NCBI GenBank assembly: GCA_002633005.1
Contig: NMRA01000443.1
Location: forward strand, 272,361 to 336,360
Length of the DNA: 64,000 bases
From: Phoronis australis
Taxonomy: Eukaryota > Animalia > Phoronida
Direction of reading: 5' to 3'
The translations under genes were made by a program, and so were the position numbers. The notes beneath the pieces are model-generated. The model did no database searches. It saw only the letters and a program-made list of their open reading frames with translations, and was not told the DNA's origin. Shown in pieces: positions 63,352 through 64,000 of this stretch. The number at the start of each line of letters is the position of its first letter. Position 1 is the stretch's first letter.

Positions 63352-64000
63352 GGAACTGATTTTTGGTCTTGCAAGGAAGACTGTTTGTTATTCCTCGAGA
63401 CGCTGACCATGACATGCCGCGACGACTAAACTTGTAGAAGCTGCGAATAAAATGCCACTGATTTATAAATTTTGCTTATTTTAAATAATCAGCAATTTGG
63501 GACCATTTCAAAACCATAAGTGGTCTAAATCAAAATTTAATTTTTCCGACCAGGCAGGAAGGTTTATAAGCGCTTATTAAGTGTTGTGTCTCGTTCTCAC
63601 AAAAATAATGCCGGTGAGTCTTCACAAGTACAGTGTATTGGTACGTAGAGTGGGACAAAATTGCCATCTTGTGACACAAGCGGGATATGGGCAAACAGTA
63701 CGAGGGTCTTATAGACCTTAGGTGGATTCCCGCAGTGCAGTAACTTCCTGTTCAGAAAAGTTGGGCAAAAATCACTTTGCTTCATGTCTTGCAAAAGTTC
63801 AAATTGGCTCAGCGAATGTGTACGTACACCGAAATCTTTTCGATGATCTCTGGACTACGCTCGTCGAAGTTTGCCGAGCGTTCTTTTTTTAAATTTAGTT
63901 ATTTTTCCCCACGGTATTAAGTTAAGCATCGGGAAATAAGGAATAGCTGGCATGTGTTCCGTATGTACAGTCTACGCTTTCGACCCAGAAGTTGGTAACG

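Overview
Metazoan (probably invertebrate bilaterian, AT-rich) genomic DNA with three spliced housekeeping/trafficking genes. IFT122 (+): 25 exons traced, 2559-23531, first coding exon not found. SEC13 (-): 8 exons, 24819-30720, convergent with IFT122, ATG micro-exon not found. TBC1D25/OATL1 (+): 5 exons, 38519-58297, divergent from SEC13. Introns are full of transposon relics: a hAT-like element with a 6-bp TSD, a Kolobok-like element with a THAP ORF and TTAA TSD, a decayed CR1/L2-group LINE, an RNase H-bearing LINE 3' end, MITEs, a tRNA-derived SINE head and Helentron/DINE-like repeats with CTCF-like motifs. Four near-identical tandem segments joined by single Ns look like uncollapsed haplotypes. 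Most unusual signals: (1) short tandem duplications repeatedly anchored on or next to splice sites, creating arrays of decoy donors/acceptors; (2) a cluster of decayed antisense exon relics, one COG6-like, plus a near-perfect palindrome upstream of SEC13 exon 2; (3) an inverted repeat pair bracketing TBC1D25 exons 3-4; (4) a GC-AG intron in IFT122. Gene calls rest on recalled protein similarity and manual splicing; no searches were run.
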